NCBI GenBank assembly: GCA_038728585.1
Contig: JAVYTR010000007.1
Span: 25,680 to 89,679 of the forward strand
Length of the DNA stretch: 64,000 nt
Source: Conexivisphaerales archaeon
GTDB taxonomy: Archaea > Thermoproteota > Nitrososphaeria > Conexivisphaerales > DTJL01
Direction: 5' to 3'
The position numbers and the translations under genes are program-made. Positions 8,240 through 17,353 of the stretch are shown one piece after another (within the stretch, counting starts at the first letter, position 1; the number at the start of each line of letters is the position of its first letter). A model generated the notes under the pieces. It had not been told where the DNA came from and searched no databases. It saw only the letters and a list, made by a program, of their open reading frames with translations.

Positions 8240-8674
8240 ATGTCAACAGCACCGTCAAGAAAGTTCATAGAAGAGCTTGGGAGTCTCATCGGAAGGAAGG
8301 TTACAGTGGAAACTTCTGAAGGCAAGAAATACAAAGGAGTAGTTCTAGGTCTGCATGAGGACCTTTCGACAGTTCTTGGAGAGGTTGAAGGCGAAGAGGG
8401 AACTTACAAGGTGATAATAAACGGAAATTCTGTAAAGGAGATCAAGCTGATTGAAAGACCGTTCGACCTCAAGAGCCTGGCAGAGGCCATAAGCAGGGTC
8501 TTTCCAGGACTTGTTAAACTCAGGGAAGATATTGGGGCCATCATTGTGATGGATAAGATAAAGGTAACCGAAAGCGGCGTCGTGGAAGGTTCAGGTCCCA
8601 GCGGAGAGAAAGTCAGACAGATCTATGAAGAATACGTGAAGAGTTTGAAAAAGGTACCAGCAGCTCAGCAGTGA
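8240..8674 (+). CDS. Sm-like (LSm) RNA-binding protein with C-terminal extension
   Basis: 144 aa. Sm1-like segment GRKVTVETSEGKKYKGVVLGLHEDLSTVL and Sm2-like segment INGNSVKEIKLI, followed by an extra domain of about 65 aa. Confidence 0.5.
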   Translation: MSTAPSRKFIEELGSLIGRKVTVETSEGKKYKGVVLGLHEDLSTVLGEVEGEEGTYKVIINGNSVKEIKLIERPFDLKSLAEAISRVFPGLVKLREDIGAIIVMDKIKVTESGVVEGSGPSGEKVRQIYEEYVKSLKKVPAAQQ

Positions 8675-8680
8675 TAAGCT

Positions 8681-10126
8681 TCATTTCTTTTTTACTACTC
8701 TCTTCCTAACGTCAGCTATGCCCTTCTTTCCTTTTCCTGCTATCCCCATCTCTGTCAAAGAATGAGGGTCGAATATCTTTTCGATCAGTTCAGCTGGCAG
8801 AAGTTTCTCCTCTTCCACAACCTGTCGAATAGTCTTACCTTCAGCCAGAGCCTTCTTGGTAACTTCTGCAGCCTTCATATAACCTATATAGGGGTTAAGA
8901 GCCAATGCAACTCCAGGCGAGGAATGGACAAGCTTCTCCATCCTTTCTCTGTTCGCCTTTATACCCGCAACGCATCTGTCTGCTAGCACTCTGCTTGAAT
9001 TCTTCAGTATCAGCATGCTGTGCAGTATATCATACGCAATGAGAGGCATCATCACGTTCAGCTCAAGCTGGCCTGCCTGGCTGCTCAGTTCAATGGCATG
9101 GTTGAGTCCCAAAACCTGAAATCCGACCATATCTACCATTTCAGGTATGCTCGGATTTACTTTGCCAGGCATTATTGAAGAGCCGGGCTGAACAGCGGGG
9201 AGCTGTATCTCGGCAAGGCCTGTTATCGGGCCGGAGTTCATCAGCCTCAGGTCGTTTGCTATCTTTATCAGGTCAATGGCTATCAATGAGAGGCTTGAAG
9301 ATAGCTCTGAAAAATCAGTCGTAAACTGTGTCGCTCCTGTCAGGCTCGGCGTCCCGCTCAGCTCCATCCCTGTCAATCTTGATAGAATTCTTACAACCTC
9401 TCTGACATATACCGGGTCTGCGTTCAAACCTGTTCCAACAGCAGTCGCTCCAATGTTCAACTCAACCAGCCTAGGTATGCACCCTTTCAGCCTTGCAACA
9501 TCTCTTCTCAGCTCCCATGCCCAGGCAGCAAACTCCTGACCGAGCCTTATCGGGGCTGCATCCATCAGATGAGTTCTGCCGCTCTTTATTATGTCATCAA
9601 ACTCCTTCGCCTTCTTGTCTAGAGTTGAGGTCAGATGCTCCAGCTCGTCGATCAGCTCTTTCATACTCAGCAGACTGGCAATTCTTATCACAGTAGGGAT
9701 GACGTCGTTTGTTGACTGACCCATGTTTACATCGTCGTTAGGATGGACTATCGAATAGTCTCCCCTCTTTCCTCCCAGTATCTCTATGGCTCTGTTCGCT
9801 ATAACCTCGTTTGCATTCATGTTGTGAGAAGTACCTGCTCCAGCCTGATAAATATCGACTACGAACTGGTCGTTCAGTTTGCCGCTGATAACCTCTTCCG
9901 CTGCTTTCATTATAGCCTTCGCCTTCTTTTCTTCAAGAAGCCCTGCCTTCATATTCGCCTCTGCCGCAGCTCTTTTCACCATGGCTGTTGCCTTGATATA
10001 TACATCCAGAGGCTTTACACCAGAAATCGGAAAATTCTCAAGTGCACGCTGTGTCTGGACACCCCAATATGCATCAGCAGGTACCTTCACTTCACCCAGG
10101 TAGTCCTTCTCAATCCTGTAGCTCAT
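8681..10126 (-). CDS. fumC: class II fumarate hydratase
   Basis: Lyase-1 signature GSSIMPGKVNP. The N-terminus YRIEKDYLGEVKVPADAYWGVQTQRALENF is fumarase-type. Likely start is ATG 10126; the ORF track extends to 10159. Confidence 0.8.
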   Translation of the reverse strand: MSYRIEKDYLGEVKVPADAYWGVQTQRALENFPISGVKPLDVYIKATAMVKRAAAEANMKAGLLEEKKAKAIMKAAEEVISGKLNDQFVVDIYQAGAGTSHNMNANEVIANRAIEILGGKRGDYSIVHPNDDVNMGQSTNDVIPTVIRIASLLSMKELIDELEHLTSTLDKKAKEFDDIIKSGRTHLMDAAPIRLGQEFAAWAWELRRDVARLKGCIPRLVELNIGATAVGTGLNADPVYVREVVRILSRLTGMELSGTPSLTGATQFTTDFSELSSSLSLIAIDLIKIANDLRLMNSGPITGLAEIQLPAVQPGSSIMPGKVNPSIPEMVDMVGFQVLGLNHAIELSSQAGQLELNVMMPLIAYDILHSMLILKNSSRVLADRCVAGIKANRERMEKLVHSSPGVALALNPYIGYMKAAEVTKKALAEGKTIRQVVEEEKLLPAELIEKIFDPHSLTEMGIAGKGKKGIADVRKRVVKKK

Positions 10127-10316
10127 ATTACAGAGTTCGTATCTGCTCAACTTAAACATTGAGGCACTATTTTATTGTATAGGTGCGGTGAGAGGCTGAA
10201 TGTCTGCCAAGACTTTCGATGCATCGGAAAGAATGCACCGGTACGAAAGTGTTAAGTTAAGTTCTGAAGGAAGCTGCCTGCTGAAAATCATCAAATTATC
10301 TGTCAGCTATGACTGT

Positions 10317-10340
10317 AATAATAATAATGATGATGATGAA
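10317..10340. repeat. trinucleotide microsatellite (AAT)n(GAT)n
   Basis: The sequence aataataataatgatgatgatgaa lies inside the 575-bp fumC / DUF309 intergenic region. Confidence 0.8.
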
Positions 10341-10734
10341 TCAGTTCCTTCGCCCTGAAGCATCGCATAATTTTCGAAGGAAGTTACGAAACATCATTTT
10401 TATGTTGCAAAAAGAACCCGCTGATTGATGTGTCTCATATTTAACCGAAGGAATTCAAGCTCTTCAGGATCCTGATGACCCACTGCTGTCATACTAAATT
10501 GACAATTTTGGCTACACCATTTGCCAATCGGCGTTATGTTCTTGGAGCAGGATAAAACCCAGGTGACTATGTATGAAGTCTAAATATGTTGTCGGGCAGG
10601 GGGATAGAAGGCAGGTGCAGCAGTATGATGATGAACTCACCAAAGCAATCAGGGCAAAGTTTGATGCAGCAATAGCTCTGGTCCGACTCCTCCCTGACGA
10701 TGCAGAATCAGAATAAGCAAAAAGAAAGACAGGA

Positions 10735-11373
10735 ATGTTTTATTATTGTTTCCTTACTGCAGAGCTAAGGTTGACTAGGTTCTTGCTCAGAATAGAAAAC
10801 AGAGGCTACAGCCCGGAGCAGCTGGCTCAGGTGAGACTGACACTCAAAAAGATAAGCCATAACATCTCGAACATAAGGGTCTCAAGCAGGGCAATAGAGT
10901 TTGACTTTTTTGCAGATTCTGAGGAGGAATTACCCAGAGATGAATTGCAAACAGCACTTGGCAGAATACTTCTCTTCAAACCTCTTACTTCATCGTATTC
11001 AAACTCGGACGACCCGATTGGTGAGGCAATGCACCTCTACAAAGAAGAGAGGTTCTGGGAGGCTCATGAAGTTCTGGAGGGAAGATGGAGGATTGAAAAG
11101 GATGTTGAGAACAGGGAACTGCTTCAGTCGCTTATACTCTTGTGTGCAGCTCTTGTTCACATGCAGAAGGGTAGAGACTCGGTCAGCCTCGGGATACTGA
11201 AGAGGGCTGAAGAAAAGATCTCTAAATATCTGAAGGATAGGAATGAGTTGTTTGGGATCGACTTTTCTGACCTCAAAGAAGGGATAAAAAGAGTGATAGA
11301 TGAAGGTAAACCCAGAATAGTGAACATTAAGTTCAACCCTGGGTCGGATTTGCTGACAGATGCTAAATTATAA
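10735..11373 (+). CDS. DUF309-domain protein
   Basis: The C-terminal half carries MHLYKEERFWEAHEVLEGRWR, matching the DUF309 consensus (F/Y-W-E-A-H-E-x-L-E-x-x-W). The start codon is uncertain. Confidence 0.5.
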   Translation: MFYYCFLTAELRLTRFLLRIENRGYSPEQLAQVRLTLKKISHNISNIRVSSRAIEFDFFADSEEELPRDELQTALGRILLFKPLTSSYSNSDDPIGEAMHLYKEERFWEAHEVLEGRWRIEKDVENRELLQSLILLCAALVHMQKGRDSVSLGILKRAEEKISKYLKDRNELFGIDFSDLKEGIKRVIDEGKPRIVNIKFNPGSDLLTDAKL

Positions 11374-11388
11374 TACTCCTGTTTAGCT

Positions 11389-12435
11389 ATGCATGGTTTA
11401 GAAGTGATAACCAGATTGCTGGCAGTACTTCTTGATGGCAAAGGGGGTGTAGAGCTGAAAGAAGTTTCTAGGCCCAAGCCTGGAAGCAATGAAATCCTGG
11501 TTAGGATGGAAGCATGCGGTCTTTGCGGAACCGATGTTGAGAAGATAAGAGGTGAGTACACTGCTTCAATGGCCGTGATCGGCCATGAGCCGGCAGGCGT
11601 AGTTGAAGAGGTGGGAGAAGAGGTGAAGGAGCTAAAGATAGGAGACAGGGTCTTTGTTCATCACCACGTACCTTGCTTGAACTGCTGGTACTGCAGACAT
11701 GGCAGCGAGACCATGTGCCCATCTTACAAAGCGACAAACATAAGTCCAGGAGGATTTTCTGAATACTTCCTTGTCCCGTCTGAAAACATTCAGAAAGGAG
11801 GAGTTCTGAAGCTACCTCAACATGTGAGCTTTGACCAAGGTTCGCTGATAGAGCCACTAGCATGCTGCATAAGGGGCCTCTCAAGGGCTGACGCTGATAA
11901 TGCTGACAGGGTACTTGTAGTGGGGTGTGGTCCAGTCGGCCAGATGCACATAAGACTTCTTGCGAATAAGGGAAAGGAGATTATGGCTGCAGATATAAAC
12001 GAAAAGAGACTTGAAGCAGCAATCGAATCTGGCTCAACGTATGTGTTGAAGAGCGACGAGGCGATGAAGAAAAATGTATTGCAATATACAGATGGAATAG
12101 GAGCAGACTTGGCAGTAGTGGCATCAGGCAATCAGCTTGCTATCATGAGAGCTATAGAGTGCACCAGGAAAGGAGGAAAGGTTCTGATCTTCGGTGTGCC
12201 TGCAAAAGGCAGCATGATAGAGCTGGACTTCAGTTCAATATTCAATTCAGAGATATCGTTCGTAACAAGCTACGGGGCCACTGACAGAGAAACCAGAATA
12301 GCTCTGGGAATGATCGCTTCAGGAGAGCTGAGCACAGACAACATTATCACTCACCATTATGGCCTTGGGGAGTTCAAGGAAGCTCTTCAGACTTATTATT
12401 CAGGGGCAGGGATGAAGATAGTCATAACGAGCTGA
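11389..12435 (+). CDS. zinc-dependent medium-chain dehydrogenase (threonine / sugar-alcohol dehydrogenase-like)
   Basis: Catalytic Zn motifs CGLCGTD and GHEPAGVVEEVG, a structural Zn cysteine cluster CLNCWYCRHG..C, and a Rossmann motif VVGCGPVG. Confidence 0.8.
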   Translation: MHGLEVITRLLAVLLDGKGGVELKEVSRPKPGSNEILVRMEACGLCGTDVEKIRGEYTASMAVIGHEPAGVVEEVGEEVKELKIGDRVFVHHHVPCLNCWYCRHGSETMCPSYKATNISPGGFSEYFLVPSENIQKGGVLKLPQHVSFDQGSLIEPLACCIRGLSRADADNADRVLVVGCGPVGQMHIRLLANKGKEIMAADINEKRLEAAIESGSTYVLKSDEAMKKNVLQYTDGIGADLAVVASGNQLAIMRAIECTRKGGKVLIFGVPAKGSMIELDFSSIFNSEISFVTSYGATDRETRIALGMIASGELSTDNIITHHYGLGEFKEALQTYYSGAGMKIVITS

Positions 12436-12488
12436 GAAACGCTTAACTATAACCCGAAGATGAGCCGAAAAGTGGTAGTGAAAGTCTA

Positions 12489-13316
12489 ATGTCTTGGGGT
12501 TTGAAGAACAGGCTGTCAAGAATATTCAACCAGAAGGATGGCAGAACTCTTATGCTTGCAGTGGACCATGGCTATTTCCAGGGCCCAACTACAGGGCTTG
12601 AAAATGCGAGAAGAACAATAGAGCCTCTGGTACCCTATGCCGATTCTCTCATGCTTACAAGAGGCATTCTCAGAACGTCTGTGGAACCATCAACAAACAT
12701 ACCTATAGTTCTGAGGATATCTGGAGGGACAAGCATACTCAAGGAGCTTTCCAACGAAGAAATCACAACATCGATTGAAGAGGCTATCAGGCTCAACGCT
12801 TCTGCTGTTGCCGTTTCAATCTTCGTTGGTGCAGAATTTGAAAAGCAGACACTTCTCAATCTTGCAAAGGCAGTAGATGAGGGCGAGAGGTATGGAATGC
12901 CAGTGCTCGCAGTCACAGCGGTAGGGAGAGATATGAACAGGGATGCAAGATACCTTGCGCTTTCGTGCAGAATAGCTGCAGAATTGGGGGCTCACCTGGT
13001 GAAGACATATTACTGTGAAGATTTCACAAAGGTTGTAAACGGCTGTCCTGTGCCAATAATCATAGCCGGAGGCAAGAAGACAGATGAGGAGAACGCTCTC
13101 AGAATGGCATATTCAGCGTTGAAAGAAGGAGCATCAGGTGTAGATATGGGAAGAAACATATTCCAGTCCGATTCGCCGGTAGGGATGATAAAGGCTCTCA
13201 GGGGAATGATTCATGGAACCCTTGGTGTAGAAGATGCTTACAAGGTGTATCTCAGCGAAAGAGGAGAAAGGGTGGAGGCAAGGCAGCAGGTCAGTCAGAT
13301 AGCCGAACCTGACTGA
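12489..13316 (+). CDS. DhnA/LsrF-family class I aldolase (COG1830)
   Basis: Contains the blocks RLSRIFN, AVDHGYFQGPTTGLE, LVKTYY, GCPVPIIIAGGKK and GASGVDMGRNIFQS. These match the E. coli LsrF / archaeal FbaB-like family as I remember it. Confidence 0.8.
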   Translation: MSWGLKNRLSRIFNQKDGRTLMLAVDHGYFQGPTTGLENARRTIEPLVPYADSLMLTRGILRTSVEPSTNIPIVLRISGGTSILKELSNEEITTSIEEAIRLNASAVAVSIFVGAEFEKQTLLNLAKAVDEGERYGMPVLAVTAVGRDMNRDARYLALSCRIAAELGAHLVKTYYCEDFTKVVNGCPVPIIIAGGKKTDEENALRMAYSALKEGASGVDMGRNIFQSDSPVGMIKALRGMIHGTLGVEDAYKVYLSERGERVEARQQVSQIAEPD

Positions 13317-13339
13317 ACTTATTTCAGTCGGCTAGCGAA

Positions 13340-13924
13340 TCATGTTCTGACAACAACCTTTCCATCCTGTATATCCACCTTAAGAAGGCTCTTCACCTTC
13401 ACTCCCGTTTCTTCTTCTATCAGCTGAACTCCTCCCAGGCCTTCTCTCTCCACCACAACCGCAGCATCGCAGATAACTGCTCCGATCTGCAGCAGCGCCC
13501 TTAATATGGCGAGCATGGTCCCTCCTGTTGCTATAATCGAGTCCACAAGCACTATTCTATCTCCCTGCTTCACAGAGTTTATGTACATGGTTGATTCTTC
13601 ATACCCAGTTTTTTTCGTTATCTTCCTTTCATTCTCCAGGAAGTAAGGTCTCTTCCTCACCATAAGGAGAGGCAGGCCGGTTACCATGCTGAGGGCTGCT
13701 CCTATGTGAAATCCCATCGCTTCAGGAACAAGTATCTTTGACTGCCTGTCAAGCTCAAGCAATCTTGCCATCTCATAGGCACAACCCCAGAGCGCCTGAC
13801 TGGGAATCTCTGGCACGCCGGAGCTGAGCGGGTTAACTATGTAGTCATACACCTTATCGCCTTGCTTTATCTTCACGATTTTTGCCTTTCTAAGGTCCTC
13901 CTTTACTTCCTTTAACCAGTCCAT
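13340..13924 (-). CDS. hpt: purine (hypoxanthine/guanine) phosphoribosyltransferase, archaeal type
   Basis: PRPP-binding motif RIVLVDSIIATGGT. The N-terminus YDYIVNPLSSGVPEI is typical of archaeal Hpt. Divergent from guaA. Confidence 0.7.
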   Translation of the reverse strand: MDWLKEVKEDLRKAKIVKIKQGDKVYDYIVNPLSSGVPEIPSQALWGCAYEMARLLELDRQSKILVPEAMGFHIGAALSMVTGLPLLMVRKRPYFLENERKITKKTGYEESTMYINSVKQGDRIVLVDSIIATGGTMLAILRALLQIGAVICDAAVVVEREGLGGVQLIEEETGVKVKSLLKVDIQDGKVVVRT

Positions 13925-13975
13925 GTTCTGGCTTTGTATGTCCAGCTTAAATAATTGACTGAGTCATAGCCAAAC

Positions 13976-15523
13976 GTGGCCCTTAAGGGAGGGATAGCTG
14001 TCCTTAACTTTGGGGGACAGTATGCCCATCTTATCAGGCGACGGCTCAGAGAAGCTGGTGTAGAATGTGAGCTGCTCCCGTACAACTCGGCTATAGATGA
14101 ATTAAACGGTGCTAGAGGTGTCATCCTATCAGGTGGTCCTTCAAGCGTCTACGGAGAGGATTCTCTCCAGCCAAGCTTCAGGGTCAAAGACCTGAAGGTA
14201 CCAGTGCTGGGAATATGCTACGGTCACCAGCTCCTCGCATACCAGCTGGGTGGTAAGGTTGAACCATCAAGGTTCAGAGAATACGGTAAGGCAAGGATAA
14301 AGGTGTTGAGGCAATCGAAGCTCTTCAGAGGTACAAGAAAGGAGTTTGATGTCTGGCTCAGTCATTCTGATGCGGTGACAGAACTTCCAGCGGGAGCTTA
14401 TACTCTGTGCAGGTCAGAGTACGGCGACAACGCAGCCATATGCTACAAAGAAGACATGATTTACTCATTGCAGTTTCACCCAGAGGTAAGCCATACACAG
14501 TTCGGTGATAGGATTCTTGAAAACTTTGCCAGATTGATTTGCGGGTGCAAGCCCGGCAGAGCAAGCAGAAATACCATAGCTGCAATGGTCAGTCAGGTCA
14601 GGAAGCAGGTTGGTAAGGACAAAGCAATCTGCGCTGTCAGCGGAGGCCTAGATTCAACGACCGCAGCGGTGCTTGTTAAGAAAGCGATAGGAAGGAGGCT
14701 GAAGTGCGTGTTTGTCAACCACGGATTGATGAGAAAGGGAGAAGCTGAAGAAGTGCTCAGCATACTGAGGAACAACCTTGGTCTCGATGTTGACTACGTG
14801 GATGCGTCAGAAAGGTTTCTGCTCAGCCTGAAGGGGATAACTGACCCAGAAAGGAAGAGGCTTGTTGTAGGGAAACTTTTTGGTCAAATTTTCGAAGAAT
14901 ACGTCTCTAACAGGCTGGATGAAGGTTACAGATGGCTCGTTCAGGGCACAATCTATCCAGATGTGATAGAGAGCTCTATGCCTGTACCAGGCTCGCCCCG
15001 GATAAAGTCTCACCATAACGTAGCAGGGTTACCTGATTCTCTGAAAAAGAGGCTGAAGGTTCTTGAGCCCCTGAAGGAGCTCTACAAAGATGAAGTGAGG
15101 GAGCTTGCAAGGAAGATAGGGATACCTGGTACGATTATAGCCAGACATCCATTCCCTGGCCCAGGACTAAGTGTGAGGATTATAGGCGAAGTGACGCCTG
15201 AGAAACTTGAAGTTTGCAGGGAGGCAAGCTGGATATTTGAGGATGAGCTGAAAAGGGCAGGACTTTACGATAAACTCTGGCAGGCATTCGCTTTTGTGGG
15301 TGACGACAGGGCTGTAGGAGTGGTAGGGGATAACAGAAGGTATGGCTACATAGTCACCCTGAGAGCAGTCACTTCGCGGGATGGTATGACAGCCTCTTTT
15401 TACCCCATTCCTTGGCGTACACTTGATAAGATAAGCAGAAGAATAACCAACTCAATGTCACAGGTGACTATGGTCAGCTACTCTGTAAGCAATAAGCCAC
15501 CGTCAACTATCGAACCTCAGTAG
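13976..15523 (+). CDS. guaA: GMP synthase (glutamine-hydrolysing), fused GATase + ATP-PPase
   Basis: GATase catalytic block GICYGHQLL, PP-loop SGGLDS, and a conserved C-terminal dimerisation domain ending PPSTIEPQ. GTG start. Confidence 0.9.
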   Translation: MALKGGIAVLNFGGQYAHLIRRRLREAGVECELLPYNSAIDELNGARGVILSGGPSSVYGEDSLQPSFRVKDLKVPVLGICYGHQLLAYQLGGKVEPSRFREYGKARIKVLRQSKLFRGTRKEFDVWLSHSDAVTELPAGAYTLCRSEYGDNAAICYKEDMIYSLQFHPEVSHTQFGDRILENFARLICGCKPGRASRNTIAAMVSQVRKQVGKDKAICAVSGGLDSTTAAVLVKKAIGRRLKCVFVNHGLMRKGEAEEVLSILRNNLGLDVDYVDASERFLLSLKGITDPERKRLVVGKLFGQIFEEYVSNRLDEGYRWLVQGTIYPDVIESSMPVPGSPRIKSHHNVAGLPDSLKKRLKVLEPLKELYKDEVRELARKIGIPGTIIARHPFPGPGLSVRIIGEVTPEKLEVCREASWIFEDELKRAGLYDKLWQAFAFVGDDRAVGVVGDNRRYGYIVTLRAVTSRDGMTASFYPIPWRTLDKISRRITNSMSQVTMVSYSVSNKPPSTIEPQ

Positions 15524-15524
15524 C

Positions 15525-15788
15525 TCAGAACCTTCTCTCCCATTCCTTCAGAGTGTAAACCCTAAGTCCAGAAAGATGATAGGGGTCATTATCAGCTATT
15601 ACCTTAGCCTCGTTGATGTCAGATACGTTCAGAAAATAAGCTCCTCCGCTTCCATCCGAAAATCTGCCTGCCATAATCAGCTTGCCAGACTTTTTCAGGT
15701 TTTCGAGGTATTTGAGATGCTCATCCCTATAGGGGTTCAGCCTCTCCCTGCTGGCTACAAGGTTCGAGATGACAATATATTCGGCCAT
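15525..15788 (-). CDS. YciI-like protein
   Basis: 87 aa. The pattern R..HL.YL..L..SGKL..AG ... DPYHLSGL..Y.LKEW is typical of the YCII domain. Confidence 0.55.
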   Translation of the reverse strand: MAEYIVISNLVASRERLNPYRDEHLKYLENLKKSGKLIMAGRFSDGSGGAYFLNVSDINEAKVIADNDPYHLSGLRVYTLKEWERRF

Positions 15789-16286
15789 AACCGATGTTGA
15801 TGCAAAGAAAAGATTAAACCTTTTGTCACCAAGATTATGGAATTTTCTCTTTTCCAGAAAATATATTTGCCAGGGTGGATAGAAATCGACTGATAGCTAT
15901 TCTTAGAGGGGCGAAATCAATCGCTATAAGGCTAATGTGAAGCTTGATGATAACAAGATATTGCACCTTCAAACTAATGCAAAAGAGTTCTTTGATGCAC
16001 TTGGTGATAAGATACTTCTCGTTTATGAATAAATTCATGAACAGATGCAATTGCGTAACACATATGATTCTACTGAGCTAGGAACACCATTAGGTGCATA
16101 TTATCATAAGATGTAGTGCAGAGAGATACCAGCTGGCATTCATAAATGTAGAGTGAGTCATGGAGGCGAATTTATCTCTGTAAGGCAGAAACTTTTGAAA
16201 TGAAGAAATGCGTAAATACGCGCTAAAACCGATATCGGATATGCGATATCGAATCACTTCATACAATGCCAGGGGGTGCACCTTGA

Positions 16287-17315
16287 TTGTCCGTTGACCC
16301 CTATGGTGCAGACCATGGAACAGAAACCGACATAATAAAGGTAAGAGACCTCTCAAAACATTTTGGTAAACTCAGGGCAGTCGACGGTATAACATTCGAG
16401 GTAAAGGAAGGCGAAATCTTCGGATTTCTTGGACCGAACGGTGCTGGCAAGACTACGACCATAAACATGCTGACAACCCTTCTCCCCCCAACTTCAGGGG
16501 AAGCGATAGTGTGCGGATTTGATGTGAGAAGCCAACCAAATGAGGTAAGGAAGAGAATAGGTGTGGTTCCTCAGGAATATACAGCTGATGAAGATTTGAC
16601 CGGGATGCAGAATATACTCCTCTGTGGTGACCTTTATGGTCTCAATAGGAGCGAGACAGAGAAGAGGGCAAGAGAACTCCTTGACCTGGTGGAACTGACT
16701 GATGCTGCTAACAGAAAGGTAAGTGCATATTCAGGAGGGATGAGGAGAAGGCTTGAACTTGCTTCAGGTCTTATAAACAGCCCACAGCTTCTCTTTCTGG
16801 ATGAGCCTACTCTAGGGCTTGATGTGCAGACAAGGACTGCTGTCTGGGAATACATTAAACAGCTGAAGGAAGAATACAGTATGACCCTTTTCGTTACAAC
16901 TCACTATCTGGAGGAGGCTGATTCCCTCTGTGACAGGATAGCTATCATAGACCATGGGAAGATAGTCAAGATAGGCTCTCCTTCTGAGCTCAAAGCCGGG
17001 CTAGGAGGAGATGTGATTCAATTAGCTGTAGAGGGTAATGTGGATCTGACCGATTCCATAAAGAGAATAAGTCTGGTCAAGGATGTGAAGAAGGTAGATT
17101 CAACCTACAGGATTAAGGCGGAGAGAGGAGAAGAAGCTGCTCCCCTGATAATCGACATGATCAGGTCGAATGGCTTGCATGTGACAAAGATTTCTCTCAC
17201 GAAACCTACTCTCGACGAAGTCTACCTCGAATATACGGGAAGGGCCTTCAGGGATGATGAAGACCCATCAAGAGTATGGGCTCAGAGGATGACGATGAGG
17301 AGGGCCAGAGCTTGA
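16287..17315 (+). CDS. ABC transporter ATP-binding protein (ABC-2 / DrrA-like)
   Basis: Walker A GPNGAGKTT, signature YSGGMRRRL, Walker B LLFLDEPT, H-loop TTHYLEEA. TTG start preceded by AGGGGG. Confidence 0.85.
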   Translation: MSVDPYGADHGTETDIIKVRDLSKHFGKLRAVDGITFEVKEGEIFGFLGPNGAGKTTTINMLTTLLPPTSGEAIVCGFDVRSQPNEVRKRIGVVPQEYTADEDLTGMQNILLCGDLYGLNRSETEKRARELLDLVELTDAANRKVSAYSGGMRRRLELASGLINSPQLLFLDEPTLGLDVQTRTAVWEYIKQLKEEYSMTLFVTTHYLEEADSLCDRIAIIDHGKIVKIGSPSELKAGLGGDVIQLAVEGNVDLTDSIKRISLVKDVKKVDSTYRIKAERGEEAAPLIIDMIRSNGLHVTKISLTKPTLDEVYLEYTGRAFRDDEDPSRVWAQRMTMRRARA

Positions 17316-17353
17316 ACGAAGAAAAGAAGACAGTTGAATCATCAAGAACCCAA

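Noticed and set aside
10327-10358. C/D-box sRNA-like elements (ATGATGA ... CTGA) in the long intergenic region.
   Set aside because: The UGAUGA comes from the (GAT)n microsatellite. No properly spaced C-prime/D-prime boxes or terminal stem could be found, and the spacing does not fit the usual 12-nt guide architecture.
15835-16356. Two minus-strand ORFs of 71 and 88 aa in the AT-rich gap.
   Set aside because: They have odd composition and no motifs, and one overlaps the ABC ATPase start. I treated the region as non-coding or a remnant and flagged it as a finding instead.
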